52,514 nucleotides of DNA from Candidatus Heimdallarchaeota archaeon (lineage in GTDB: Archaea; Asgardarchaeota; Heimdallarchaeia; Heimdallarchaeales; Heimdallarchaeaceae): positions 1-52,514 of the forward strand of contig JAHLWR010000024.1 in NCBI GenBank assembly GCA_019057815.1. Reading direction: 5' to 3'. Each line of letters starts with the position of its first letter. Position 1 is the stretch's first letter. Positions 1-10,244 of the stretch are shown piece by piece. Made by a program: the position numbers and the translations under genes. The notes below the pieces were generated by a model, which ran no database searches, had not been told where the DNA came from, and worked only from the letters and a program-made list of their open reading frames with translations.

Positions 1-95
1 AATAATTTTGTCGGCACTCAGACCCTAAAATTTTTCGTTATTTCGGAAGTACTAAAAATACTCAGTGGAAAAACACAAAAACAACCCCTTCTTCT

Positions 96-1622
96 TTGAT
101 ATTAGATGCTAAAATGGATAAAATTGGAATAATAGATTTTGGTGGTCAATTCTGTCATTTAATCGCTAGAAGGATAAGAGATTTGGGTGTTTACGCCGAA
201 ATAATCACTGAACCATCTCCAGAATTCAAGGGTATAATTCTTTCTGGTGGACCTGGAGCTGTTTCAAATCCTGAATCTCCTCAACTTCCACAGGATTTTT
301 TTAAGAATATAGATGTTCCTGTTTTAGGTATTTGTTATGGTCATCAAGCTATAGCTCTCTCTTTAGGAGGAAAAGTTTCCAGAGGTAAAGAGAGAGAATA
401 TGGTAAAAAGATGGCTAAAATTGACGTCTCTTCACCTCTTTTTACTAATCTGGAAAATAATGAGCAAGTCTGGATGTCTCATTTTGACCAAGTAACAGAA
501 TTACCTGCAAACTTTGAACCAACAGCTGAGACAAGCACTTGTAAAATCGCAGGCTTTCAAAACCTTGAGAAGAGTATTTTTGGTATCCAATTTCATCCTG
601 AAGTAGTTCATACACTTAATGGTACGAGGATTTTAGACAATTTTCTTAATATCGTTGGTTGTAAAAGAGAGTATAACCTAAAAGATTGGATAGATAAGGA
701 AATTAATAAGCTCCAAGAGGAAATAGGAGAAAAAAAGGTTATTATGGCAGTATCAGGTGGAGTCGATTCCACTGTTGCTGCTATTCTTCTAGCCAAAGCA
801 AATATTAATGCACACTTTATATACGTTGATACAGGTTTAATGAGATTAAAGGAAACAGAAGAGGTTGCAATGATTTTTGCTGATTTAGGTGTTAAGAAAT
901 TTCATACAGTTTTTGCAGAAGAAAGGTTTCTGTCAAAATTAGAGGGAGTCAAGGATCCTGAAAAGAAAAGAATAATCATCGGCAATCTCTTCATAGAAAT
1001 CTTCGAAGAAGAAGCCATTAGACTGGGAGATTTTGACTATTTAGGTCAAGGGACAATCTATCCTGACAGAATAGAAAGTGCTCAACCTTCTAACCATGCA
1101 GCTGTAATAAAGTCACATCATAATGTAGGTGGTTTACCTGAAAAGATGAATCTCAAACTATGTGAACCTTTGGCTGATTTATACAAAGATGAAGTTAGAA
1201 GAATAGGACAAATGCTTGACCTTCCAAAAAGATTCACAGGTAGACATCCTTTCCCAGGACCTGCTTTGGCTATAAGGATCTTAGGAGAAGTAACAAAAGA
1301 GCGTTTAGAAGCTCTACAAAAAGCTGATGCTATTGTTACAGAGATAATAATAAAACACAACTTATATGATCAACTTTGGCAAGTTTTCCCAGCTTTAATT
1401 CCAGTAAAAACAGTCGGTGTAATGGGAGATAAGCGAACATACGAATGGATAATAACCATAAGAGCAGTAGAATCCATCGATGCAATGACAGCTGATTGGA
1501 GCAGATTACCTTATGAAGTACTAGAAGAGATTTCAAATAAGATAGTCAATAAGGTTCAAGGAATCAATAGAGTTGTTTACGATATAACAAGTAAACCACC
1601 TGGAACTATTGAATATGAATAA
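96..1622 (+). CDS. guaA: GMP synthase (glutamine-hydrolysing), fused GATase + synthetase; likely start ATG at 114
   Basis: IIDFGGQF, GICYG (catalytic Cys), QFHPE, SGGVDS PP-loop, IKSHHNVGGLP, HPFPGP, YDITSKPPGTIEYE C-terminus. Confidence 0.97.
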   Translation: MILDAKMDKIGIIDFGGQFCHLIARRIRDLGVYAEIITEPSPEFKGIILSGGPGAVSNPESPQLPQDFFKNIDVPVLGICYGHQAIALSLGGKVSRGKEREYGKKMAKIDVSSPLFTNLENNEQVWMSHFDQVTELPANFEPTAETSTCKIAGFQNLEKSIFGIQFHPEVVHTLNGTRILDNFLNIVGCKREYNLKDWIDKEINKLQEEIGEKKVIMAVSGGVDSTVAAILLAKANINAHFIYVDTGLMRLKETEEVAMIFADLGVKKFHTVFAEERFLSKLEGVKDPEKKRIIIGNLFIEIFEEEAIRLGDFDYLGQGTIYPDRIESAQPSNHAAVIKSHHNVGGLPEKMNLKLCEPLADLYKDEVRRIGQMLDLPKRFTGRHPFPGPALAIRILGEVTKERLEALQKADAIVTEIIIKHNLYDQLWQVFPALIPVKTVGVMGDKRTYEWIITIRAVESIDAMTADWSRLPYEVLEEISNKIVNKVQGINRVVYDITSKPPGTIEYE

Positions 1623-1722
1623 GTCAAAAGTATCAATAAACTTGAGTAAGAATTGTAGCATCAGAATGATTATAGATTGAAAGTAAAACACAACACTAAA
1701 ATATCAGAAATAGGTAAAAAAC

Positions 1723-2292
1723 TTGATTTCTATGAAGAACAAGCTTACTATAAGTATTGTATTTCTCAGTTTTTCAATAATATTCCTTCCATTTCATTTA
1801 GCTTCAGCTTCTAGAGTTACATATGCGATTACTTTATCAAGTGGAACAACAGTGAACCTGAAAGCTACTCTTCCTTCTACCCATCTCCACGAGGAAATAA
1901 CATGGATTGATGTTTATGTTACGCTTGTTTTTCTCCCTCCTGAAGTTCAGGATATTCACAATATAGAAGTAGAATTTAAGATAGGAAGTTTTTATGAATC
2001 TTCTATTAATATAGAGGATATAATTACAGTAGGAACAACTAAAAATGGATCTGGTTCTTTTGTTTACGCTTCTGATTGGGGAGAACAAAATCTACAATTG
2101 CGTTTTAGTTGTTGTGAAAATAATACCGAAACTAGATTTTTCAAACACTACACTAACTGGTTAACATTCTTTAAAATAGGAACACCTACATTTTTTTCAC
2201 AGTATAAGATTCCTATTTTTGTTGTTGGAATACCAATCAGTTTAGCGCTATTATTATTTTTTAACTCTCAAAGGAAAAAACTAAAATCATAA
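1723..2292 (+). CDS. Hypothetical exported protein with C-terminal membrane anchor
   Basis: N-terminal signal peptide, beta-rich middle, hydrophobic C-terminal helix followed by QRKKLKS. Confidence 0.7.
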   Translation: MISMKNKLTISIVFLSFSIIFLPFHLASASRVTYAITLSSGTTVNLKATLPSTHLHEEITWIDVYVTLVFLPPEVQDIHNIEVEFKIGSFYESSINIEDIITVGTTKNGSGSFVYASDWGEQNLQLRFSCCENNTETRFFKHYTNWLTFFKIGTPTFFSQYKIPIFVVGIPISLALLLFFNSQRKKLKS

Positions 2293-2313
2293 CACTTTCC
2301 CGAAGTTATCTGT

Positions 2314-3480
2314 TCATTTTCTCCTTTTAAAATATGCAGAAAAAAGTACAATAAATAAAAATGAAAGTAGATTAATAACAAAAAAATAGTTTATTTTTGA
2401 AGCGATCGCAGTTACTGTTATGTAATCTTCTATTGTAACTGTTGTAACTGTTGTAGGCATTTCATCTATATTCATTGGGTATATATCTACAGCTTTAGCA
2501 AATCCATCAATATAATAATCTCCAAAGCCAGACCAGTCTGACCAGTAGTTCCCCTCATTAGTAATTTCATCATACCACGTATTATTATTACCATCATCAT
2601 TTGCTAGTGATGAATCAATTGGACAGTAACCAACAAATGCATTATGATGAATTTCACAAAAATCACTAAAGTAATCAAGGTTTACTCCGTACTCTGTATT
2701 ATACTTTAAAATATTATAAGAAATATTGCAATAATCTGTAACATATAGCAATATACCATTCTGATCATTTAAATTGCAGAAGTTACCGCTTATCTTTAGA
2801 AAATTTGAATTTATTACCTCAATTCCAGCTTTGTTTTTGCTACATATATTGCTTGTAAGGTTTAAATTGGAAGAATAATATATATAGATTCCTTTTTTTG
2901 AATTGTTACTGCAAGTGTTTAATGAAATCATAGAATCAAGAGAATTTGAGATATAGATTCCCCATGTATTATTAAAACAATTATTAGAATATATTAAACA
3001 ATTATCAGAATACGTTATTTTAATACCTACTGAATTGTATTTGCAATAATTATTGTAGATTTTCGAAAAAGGAGAATACTCTAGTAATATACCAATTCTA
3101 TTTGAATTGCATGTATTATTTGTAATCCATGTTGTTCCTTCAAAAACATTGTAAATATATATACCATTCACTTCTGATTTAATGTAACAATTACGAATGA
3201 TAAAATAAGCAGATGTAGAGGAGATATAAATACCATTACTATCAGAGGTTGTAATATTATAATTTTCAATTAGGTAAGGATTCTCAACAGAACCATCTCC
3301 AGGAAATAAATAAAAATCAATGTCAGATTTAATAGTAATTGAATCATGAGGAGTTAAAGAGGTTAGTAAATTATGTTCAAGGTGCTGAGAAAAGCAGAAA
3401 GTATTTACGCCTAGTATCAAAAACAACACACATACTAATACTATAGTAATAATATTGTAACTAATACGATTTTTATACAT
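2314..3480 (-). CDS. Right-handed parallel beta-helix (NosD/CASH-like) surface protein, membrane anchored
   Basis: Signal peptide; GDGSVENPYLIENY cap; repeated GIxLxxSxxxxIxNNxC; GNYWSDW; Thr-rich linker, TM helix and KRRK tail. Confidence 0.9.
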   Translation of the reverse strand: MYKNRISYNIITIVLVCVLFLILGVNTFCFSQHLEHNLLTSLTPHDSITIKSDIDFYLFPGDGSVENPYLIENYNITTSDSNGIYISSTSAYFIIRNCYIKSEVNGIYIYNVFEGTTWITNNTCNSNRIGILLEYSPFSKIYNNYCKYNSVGIKITYSDNCLIYSNNCFNNTWGIYISNSLDSMISLNTCSNNSKKGIYIYYSSNLNLTSNICSKNKAGIEVINSNFLKISGNFCNLNDQNGILLYVTDYCNISYNILKYNTEYGVNLDYFSDFCEIHHNAFVGYCPIDSSLANDDGNNNTWYDEITNEGNYWSDWSGFGDYYIDGFAKAVDIYPMNIDEMPTTVTTVTIEDYITVTAIASKINYFFVINLLSFLFIVLFSAYFKRRK

Positions 3481-3712
3481 GTCTCTAGATAACTCCTTAT
3501 TCTTTTTTATTCTTTACATATTATTGATAGTAGGTATATGCTATGAACAATAAGATATGTATTATATATTTTTTTATTATTCTAAAGACAATCAAATATT
3601 CCGAAAGAATGGCATTTTTTTGTTAGAGAGATATAGTTCAGAAGCTCATTTAGAAAGTTCAAATTACACTTCCTCCTCATTATTCATATCACATTTGAGA
3701 ATAACAATTTAT

Positions 3713-3913
3713 CTATTTTTTCCTTTTTTCTGTTATTTCATCAGCAATTGTATCCAGTTCGAGATCACCTAACCACTTTTCTCTCTCTTTTGTATAGTCT
3801 CCATCACCAATCTCGAATTGCTCTAGAAACTTTATCATTCCAAGGGGGCCTAAAGCTTCCGACAATGCCTCTAAACCTCTATTTCTTATCTCATTTGGAC
3901 TCATACTTGTCAC
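3713..3913 (-). CDS. Small antitoxin-like partner of the PIN-domain gene
   Basis: GLEALSEALGPLGMIKFLEQFEIGDGDYTKER resembles small proteins encoded just downstream of this PIN subfamily; abuts the PIN stop codon. Confidence 0.7.
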   Translation of the reverse strand: MTSMSPNEIRNRGLEALSEALGPLGMIKFLEQFEIGDGDYTKEREKWLGDLELDTIADEITEKRKK

Positions 3914-4354
3914 TTAAATCACCTCTACTAGCCATTCCACTGGGTTAACTATTCTAACTGTAATATGGTTCTTCTCTTCTTCATATTTCTTAATAAGGAA
4001 ATCATCGGTAGTAAGATAAACATCCACCTCTGCGTAGATAGCACAACTAATATGTAAAGCATCGATTGGTTTGATTCCAATTTTTTCCAATGATTTAGCT
4101 TTTAATATTATTTCCTCATTAAGATGAATTTTCTCTACAAAAATTGAAGATATAATTTCAACCTTCTTCTTTCTAAAAGGATCAGGAATTTTGCTTATTT
4201 CGAAATCAACAACTTCACTGCTTATAATTTTCCAATTACTTGTAAAAGTTTTGTTAAGAATAATAACAATTGATTCTGTTTCTAAGTGAATTCTATCATA
4301 AGTTTGATTGTCAAAGGGCCTATTAAGACAGCAGACACTGAAATAGATTCTCAT
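3914..4354 (-). CDS. PIN-domain (VapC-like) protein
   Basis: IYFSVCCLNRPFD, E in VVDFEI, KPIDALHISCA, YLTTDD, IVNP; first catalytic Asp replaced by Ser. Confidence 0.88.
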   Translation of the reverse strand: MRIYFSVCCLNRPFDNQTYDRIHLETESIVIILNKTFTSNWKIISSEVVDFEISKIPDPFRKKKVEIISSIFVEKIHLNEEIILKAKSLEKIGIKPIDALHISCAIYAEVDVYLTTDDFLIKKYEEEKNHITVRIVNPVEWLVEVI

Positions 4355-4574
4355 TCATTATCAAAAAAATAATAAGTTTGCTTCTAATTAAATATTCTGA
4401 AAGTGAAAAAAATATCATGTAGGTGTTTTGGGTTGCAATCGAATATGAATAATCAAATATTCACCCTTTCTATTATTTCCTTATCACGAACGCTGATTTA
4501 TATGATAAATTTAAATAAACGTAAAATCTAATAGTATTAAAATAACTTCTTTGATGAAGTCAGAATAATCTTAA

Positions 4575-4976
4575 GTGATAATCATGGGTAATAAAATTGG
4601 TAAATTGATTTTTCGATTGCTTATCTTTGGTAGTTTCGTCTGCTGGTTTGTTTTCTCAATTTGGGGTATATCTAAATGGGGTGATGCTACTTCATTCGTA
4701 AGCGAAAAAACGACTATACTTCTACTCACTATTCCAACAATAATAGGGATGTTCGTTATCTTCATTATTGTTTCAATAATAGGTGGGGTTTCAAAGAAGA
4801 AAACTATAAAGAAAGGTTTTAGTTTCTCTGGAGATAAAGATGGAGAAAAGGCTGAGGTAAAAATTCAAGGTGAACAAATAAAAGAATTTTTCAGTAAATT
4901 CACTAAAGATGATAATAAAGAGATACCAAAAGAAATGAAAGAATTTTTCAGTAAATTCGTTAAAGAGAAAAAATGA
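4575..4976 (+). CDS. Hypothetical two-TM membrane protein
   Basis: Two hydrophobic segments then a charged tail with KEFFSKF twice. Confidence 0.65.
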   Translation: MIIMGNKIGKLIFRLLIFGSFVCWFVFSIWGISKWGDATSFVSEKTTILLLTIPTIIGMFVIFIIVSIIGGVSKKKTIKKGFSFSGDKDGEKAEVKIQGEQIKEFFSKFTKDDNKEIPKEMKEFFSKFVKEKK

Positions 4977-5071
4977 AATATTAATCATTGAATCTTAAGT
5001 TCTATCTCTCCTTTTTTTACAATATTTTTTTCTATTATTTTGGGTTTTTCTAACTATCTATAACAAAATGT

Positions 5072-7471
5072 TCATTCTTTCTTTCTTTTCATTTTCCTGA
5101 TCAAGAATACAGAAACAAGTACAGTTACCAAAATCGTTATGATACAGGAGTTCAAAGAAACTGTATAATCACAAGGATAACTTTCTGGATCGTTGGGATC
5201 TGTTCCTTTATCAATCTCAAAACCATCTAAATATCCATCATTATCGCTGTCAGGGTCGTTGGGGTTTGTACCATAAAAATACTCTTCCAAACTGGTTAAC
5301 ATATCATTATCGGAATCTATGTGAGCATCAGAGCTATCGATAGGATTTAAGTAATGCTGAACTTCCCAATTATCAGGAATAGAATCAAAATCAGAATCAT
5401 TGTTCAATGGGTTTGTCTTTCTAAGATATTCCTCATAATTTGTCATATTATCTCCATCAAAATCGATGAAAGAGTCTTTTGTGAGAGGATTCAGACCATT
5501 TTGTACTTCCCATCCGTCTGGAAGATGATCGTAATCTGAATCTTCTAGTAGAGGATTTGTCGAATACTCAAAAATTTCTAAGAAATCCGATAATCCATCT
5601 GAATCAGTATCAACGACTTGAGGATCAGTTGAATAAAGAAACTCAAAAAAGTTAATTAACATATCACCATCAGAATCCAGAAAACTGTCAAAAACAATTG
5701 GGTTAAGATTATATTTGATTTCCCATAAATCGGGTATCTTATCATTATCACTATCTTCACTAAAAGGATTGCAACCATAATAAAACTCCAAATAATTCGC
5801 TAATCCATCATTATCAAAGTCTTCTTGAGCATCAGATTTATCTAAAGGATTCAGACCATATTGCACTTCCCATCCATCTAAAATGGTGTCATAATCAGTA
5901 TCATTTACTCTTGGATCTGTTAAATAAACTTTCAACTCATCATAATCAGAGAGATTATCTGAATCGGTATCATTTGTATTTGGATATGTACCATAGTGAT
6001 ATTCTTCTATGTTAGTTAGGCCATCTAGGTCAGGATCTGAAGTTGAATCATTAAATTTTAAGTTCAGATCATATCTTATCTCCCAATAATCAGGCAAACT
6101 ATCCTCATCATCGTCGTTTATTGGATATTTATCTAGGTAATTCTTATATCCATCAATCGCGTACCCAAAGGCTTCTATACCTGTAGACCAATAGTTTCCA
6201 ACTTTTAACTCGGGATCGTACCAAAAGCTGTTCCTTCCGCTATCTTGTACTTGAGAAGAATTATCGTCCATGTTCCCTGTGAAATTATTATGGTAAACTA
6301 ATAAGTTAATATCTGGAAGTGGGTCAATGAACAATTCACAATTTGTTATAGCATAATTGGTGTTTTGGAAGAATAAATTATCACTAACAAGAACATCCAA
6401 ACAAAGGAACAAATGAATACCATAACTGTTTTTCAATATTTGATTGAATTTTATATTGATTTCCACCGAATTGGTAAGAAGAATAGCTTCACCCGCGTTC
6501 CCGTTAAAAGTACAATTTGTGACATCTATATTCTTTGAGTATCTTACTACAAAACCTTTATTATTTTCATATAGGCAGCAGTTTGTAAGTGAAATAAAAC
6601 TTCCTTGAAATATTTTTATTCCAACTGAAGTGTTTGAAATATGTATGTTAGAGAGAGAAACATTAAAACAATTGATAATATACAATAGTCCAAAATCAGA
6701 CTCATTAATAACTTGGTCCTTAAGATCCACAAAGAATCCTAGATTTTTATTGTTTACAGTATTGTTAATTACAGTGAGTATTTGTCGATAATACGCCTCT
6801 TCTAATTCAACATCAATACCACTATTGAAAAAGATATTATCTTGTATAATTGTAGTAGAGCAACACTTGTTAGAAAATCCTTGGAGATTATTGATAAATG
6901 TGTTTTGTGATATAACAATATATCCTGAAAAAAGTAAAAAAATACCTTCTTGTTTGATATCTTTCAAATAATTATTATCTATCGTTATATATCTAATTTC
7001 ACGACCATAAATTCCATAACTGAAACACTCGATTATTTGATTGTTACTAATTATTACTGATTTTGTATTCCTAATTCTTATAGCGTTGAGTGAACAGTCT
7101 TTAAAACTATTATTAATAATAGATATTAAACTGCTTTCTACGAAACTTAGGTGGATACTTACAGAATTTTTGATAAATGAACAATTTCGAATAATTACAT
7201 ATTTCGTGACATGTTCAATGAATATTCCATAATAATGAGGGTATGTAAAACTATAATCTTCTATAACATAGGGATCTTCAGCAGTTCCAAGACCTGAAAA
7301 ATTATAAGAACCAAAATCATTATCTGAATGGATGCTAATTAAGGCTGAAGAAGGACTAAAACTATCATTTTTACTTGTGTCTGTTTTTGATTCTAAAGAA
7401 ACTACTTCGAAGCAGATAATTGAAATAATTATCAAGTAACAAAATAGCTTTTTAGCCTTCTGAGTTTTCAT
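5072..7471 (-). CDS. Beta-helix surface protein with long Ca-binding (TSP3-like, DxDxDG) repeat stalk and C-terminal TM anchor
   Basis: Signal peptide; GLGTAEDPYVIEDY; NosD-like repeats; many DxDxDxLxDxxE...NP repeats; TM plus RKMKRKKE. Confidence 0.9.
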   Translation of the reverse strand: MKTQKAKKLFCYLIIISIICFEVVSLESKTDTSKNDSFSPSSALISIHSDNDFGSYNFSGLGTAEDPYVIEDYSFTYPHYYGIFIEHVTKYVIIRNCSFIKNSVSIHLSFVESSLISIINNSFKDCSLNAIRIRNTKSVIISNNQIIECFSYGIYGREIRYITIDNNYLKDIKQEGIFLLFSGYIVISQNTFINNLQGFSNKCCSTTIIQDNIFFNSGIDVELEEAYYRQILTVINNTVNNKNLGFFVDLKDQVINESDFGLLYIINCFNVSLSNIHISNTSVGIKIFQGSFISLTNCCLYENNKGFVVRYSKNIDVTNCTFNGNAGEAILLTNSVEINIKFNQILKNSYGIHLFLCLDVLVSDNLFFQNTNYAITNCELFIDPLPDINLLVYHNNFTGNMDDNSSQVQDSGRNSFWYDPELKVGNYWSTGIEAFGYAIDGYKNYLDKYPINDDDEDSLPDYWEIRYDLNLKFNDSTSDPDLDGLTNIEEYHYGTYPNTNDTDSDNLSDYDELKVYLTDPRVNDTDYDTILDGWEVQYGLNPLDKSDAQEDFDNDGLANYLEFYYGCNPFSEDSDNDKIPDLWEIKYNLNPIVFDSFLDSDGDMLINFFEFLYSTDPQVVDTDSDGLSDFLEIFEYSTNPLLEDSDYDHLPDGWEVQNGLNPLTKDSFIDFDGDNMTNYEEYLRKTNPLNNDSDFDSIPDNWEVQHYLNPIDSSDAHIDSDNDMLTSLEEYFYGTNPNDPDSDNDGYLDGFEIDKGTDPNDPESYPCDYTVSLNSCIITILVTVLVSVFLIRKMKRKKE

Positions 7472-7564
7472 TTAATCGTGTAACATAGGTTTAGACACTT
7501 ATAATCATTTAGTTTAAATTTGTGATAACGTTTAAAAACAGATACTACACAATTATTATTTGAT

Positions 7565-9187
7565 ATGATTTCTAGAAAAAATGAAACGCTATTTATTCTA
7601 ATAATCTTAATTTCATGTAGCTGTTCTATTAAAATGAATACCAATACATTTGCAGAAATAGAGCCATCTAATGAGCAGAATTCATCTTTGATTCCATCTA
7701 ATTTAGGAATTGCTAATATCAACTGGTCTCATGGTCTTCAAGTGAGAAATAAACTCATTTTTTCAGCTACTCCTGGAAGTGGATATGATTGTGATGTTAG
7801 CGAAAATGAAGTACATATTTATGAAACAACTGGAACATATGATGTGCATGTAGGTGCTTTTGCAGTATTTCCTGTTACCAATGGAGTACTAAGTTTTTCA
7901 TTTGAAGCCAGATCCAAAGCAGATCATGTAGATCTCCCAAGAATATGGACTGCTTTGTATGATAGTTCAACTAATGAAATGATATACCTTTGGAGAACAA
8001 TATCACCATCAGGGGTACTGGATACAGGATTTAGATCCTTTAACTATACAGTTATTTTGGAAAAACATACCGAAGTAATAGCATTTTTCTTTTATCCTGA
8101 TGGATGGTCAGCAAATTGGAACCAAGAATTTTGGATAAAGAATCTAGAAATCTTGACTGATATAAATACTGAAGCAGTTATTACAGACAACATTCTTAAT
8201 TATTTTAGTGCACCTTCCTCTACTCCCTTTGGCTTAGTTTGGCACGATAATTTTCTTTGGAATGTATTGAGAGAAACGGGTAAAATATACAAGTATAATC
8301 CTAATACAGGGGAATATTTAGGTAGTTGGGACGTAGTCCCTTCAGATCCCATGGCCTTGACTTTCGATGGAGAATATTTCTGGTACTCAGGCTTGCATAG
8401 TAAAGTGTTATACAAGTATGATACATCATTTAATGTCGTTGATTCAATTACTATACTAGTAGAATCTAGAGGAGGTTTAGCATTTGATGGCAATTATTTG
8501 TGGATTATAAATGAATTCAATAGTCTTCTTTACCAAATAAATCCTTCAAATGGAGATATAGTAAATTCAATCCCAATGCCAGGTACAAGAATAGCTGATC
8601 TGGAACATGATGGTAAATATTTGTGGGCATGTGATTATGCAGAAGCAAAAATCTATGTTATTAACCCGAGTAATGGAAATATTATGAAAACATTTAATAC
8701 ACCTTTTGATGGCCCTTGGGGGATAACTATTGACAACAATAGTAACATATGGATAACAGATAGCGTTTCCCAATTGATTTTAAAGTTGAAAATAAAATCA
8801 GCAGAAGATAATAGTTCTCCTATAATCACTAATTCTGGAGATTTGAATTATATAAAAGATACATCAAGAAATTACATCAATTGGACTCTTCAAGATGAAA
8901 ATCCTGACAATTATTCTATTTATCGCAATGATACATTTATTACTTCTGGAATCTGGGAAAATAATGATACTATCATTTTAAATGTAGATCTGCTCCCTGT
9001 TGGTGTTTATAATTACACTCTTATTGCTTACGATACTTATGGTAATATGGTTTCTAACGTTATATTTGTTACTGTTACTACTGCTATAGCTGAATTTGGA
9101 AAGGGAATTTTCCTTTTAGCAATATTAAGTTTCAGTGTAATATGTTTGTTCTTGAGGAGAAAAAGGAATATTAGGTTGAAAAAATGA
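7565..9187 (+). CDS. Surface protein: N-terminal beta-sandwich, glutaminyl-cyclase/YncE-like beta-propeller, Ig-like module, TM anchor
   Basis: Repeats GLVWHDNFLW, ALTFDGEYFW, GLAFDGNYLW, DLEHDGKYLW; WTLQDENP...GVYNYTL; TM plus RRKR. Confidence 0.8.
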   Translation: MISRKNETLFILIILISCSCSIKMNTNTFAEIEPSNEQNSSLIPSNLGIANINWSHGLQVRNKLIFSATPGSGYDCDVSENEVHIYETTGTYDVHVGAFAVFPVTNGVLSFSFEARSKADHVDLPRIWTALYDSSTNEMIYLWRTISPSGVLDTGFRSFNYTVILEKHTEVIAFFFYPDGWSANWNQEFWIKNLEILTDINTEAVITDNILNYFSAPSSTPFGLVWHDNFLWNVLRETGKIYKYNPNTGEYLGSWDVVPSDPMALTFDGEYFWYSGLHSKVLYKYDTSFNVVDSITILVESRGGLAFDGNYLWIINEFNSLLYQINPSNGDIVNSIPMPGTRIADLEHDGKYLWACDYAEAKIYVINPSNGNIMKTFNTPFDGPWGITIDNNSNIWITDSVSQLILKLKIKSAEDNSSPIITNSGDLNYIKDTSRNYINWTLQDENPDNYSIYRNDTFITSGIWENNDTIILNVDLLPVGVYNYTLIAYDTYGNMVSNVIFVTVTTAIAEFGKGIFLLAILSFSVICLFLRRKRNIRLKK

Positions 9188-9323
9188 TTTAACAAATTTG
9201 TAAAAAACAACTTTTTAGCTTTACAATCTATCATTTTATCGATTTATGTGGGTTAAACAGTAATATTTTTTTATACCAAAAAAAAATAGTGTTTCACCTT
9301 TCAATAAATTGTTCCGTTTATTT

Positions 9324-9500
9324 TCAATAACCTATTTCTTCTCGCTTCAATCAAAGGTTTAAAAGCTCTATTGTCTCCAAGATTTTCTAAAGCTGTTACA
9401 TCTGCACTTCTTACATACGCATCTTTATGGTTTAATGCATTGATTAATGGTTCTAATGCTTTATATTCTCCAAGAGATATTATTACTTTAACTGATTTTT
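9324..9500 (-). pseudogene. HEAT/PBS-lyase repeat gene fragment (3' piece)
   Basis: Manual translation SLGEYKALEPLINALNHKDAYVRSADVTALENLGDNRAFKPLIEA; no in-frame start found. Confidence 0.7.
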
Positions 9501-9531
9501 TTTGCTTTTATTTTCATTGTCAGCATTTCTG

Positions 9532-9860
9532 CTAAATCTGAATAATCCTGCACAGCTTATTATTGATTTCTTTTTTTAGATCGCTCCCTAGTTCACCAAT
9601 CTCTCCAATTATTAAATCCTTTAAAATAGTTGCAATTTTATCAAGTTTGATTACTGAATTTACCTTCAATCCAGAAAGTTGAAAATCCTTATGGTCAGTG
9701 GTTAGTAAGATATCTGTGTCTAATATTTTGTCAGATATTTTTGAAGAGATGAAAATAACAATTACATCTTTTGTACTTTCAAAAATAATAAGAGCTGGAC
9801 ATAACTTGGCTTTCGTTAAATCTGTGAAGGGAAAAGATAAAATAACTATTTTCCTTTCAT
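9532..9860 (-). pseudogene. PemK/MazF-family toxin, frameshifted at codon 5 (absent from ORF track)
   Basis: ATG AAA GGA AAA TAG; one extra A restores MKGKIVILSFPFTDLTKAKLCPALII...FISSK...SGLKVNSVIKLDKIATI...IGEIGEL; ATG overlaps the antitoxin TGA (ATGA). Confidence 0.85.
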
Positions 9861-10045
9861 TGATATCTAACCTTTAGATCTTCAAGAGAATATAGATTCG
9901 GTTCATTATCAAGAAATTCCTGTAGAGAAAGTTCTGAGAGCTTTAACATAGCTATTACATCTCTATCTGAAATCAAATCATCTAATTTCTTAGAAATTTC
10001 ATGCATTTGTTTCTTTATTTCTTCTAATTCAGATTCTATTGTCAT
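9857..10045 (-). CDS. Putative antitoxin of the PemK/MazF module
   Basis: 62 aa ending LSELSLQEFLDNEPNLYSLEDLK; translationally coupled to the toxin. Confidence 0.75.
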   Translation of the reverse strand: MTIESELEEIKKQMHEISKKLDDLISDRDVIAMLKLSELSLQEFLDNEPNLYSLEDLKVRYQ

Positions 10046-10089
10046 TGATAAAAAAGTAGTTTTTAGCCTAATAATCCTTTTCCTTTTCT

Positions 10090-10198
10090 ACACAAATTGT
10101 GTAATAATTTTTTCATCTACTAGTGGGTCAATTGTTTGATGCTCTCCCAGCTCACCTAGAACCCGTATAGCCTAACTTCTCACTCCCTTACTAACCAT
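10090..10198 (-). pseudogene. HEAT-repeat gene fragment (5' piece)
   Basis: Manual translation MVSKGVRS*AIRVLGELGEHQTIDPLVDE. Confidence 0.5.
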
Positions 10199-10244
10199 AG
10201 AAAATATTTTAACAAGAAAGATTTTACTTATGATTGATTAAATT

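Noticed and set aside
1-90. Possible IS end upstream of guaA
   Set aside because: No partner repeat or transposase within the window, so it cannot be supported
3557-3772. 71-aa plus-strand ORF
   Set aside because: Low-complexity, overlaps the antitoxin on the opposite strand and has no motif
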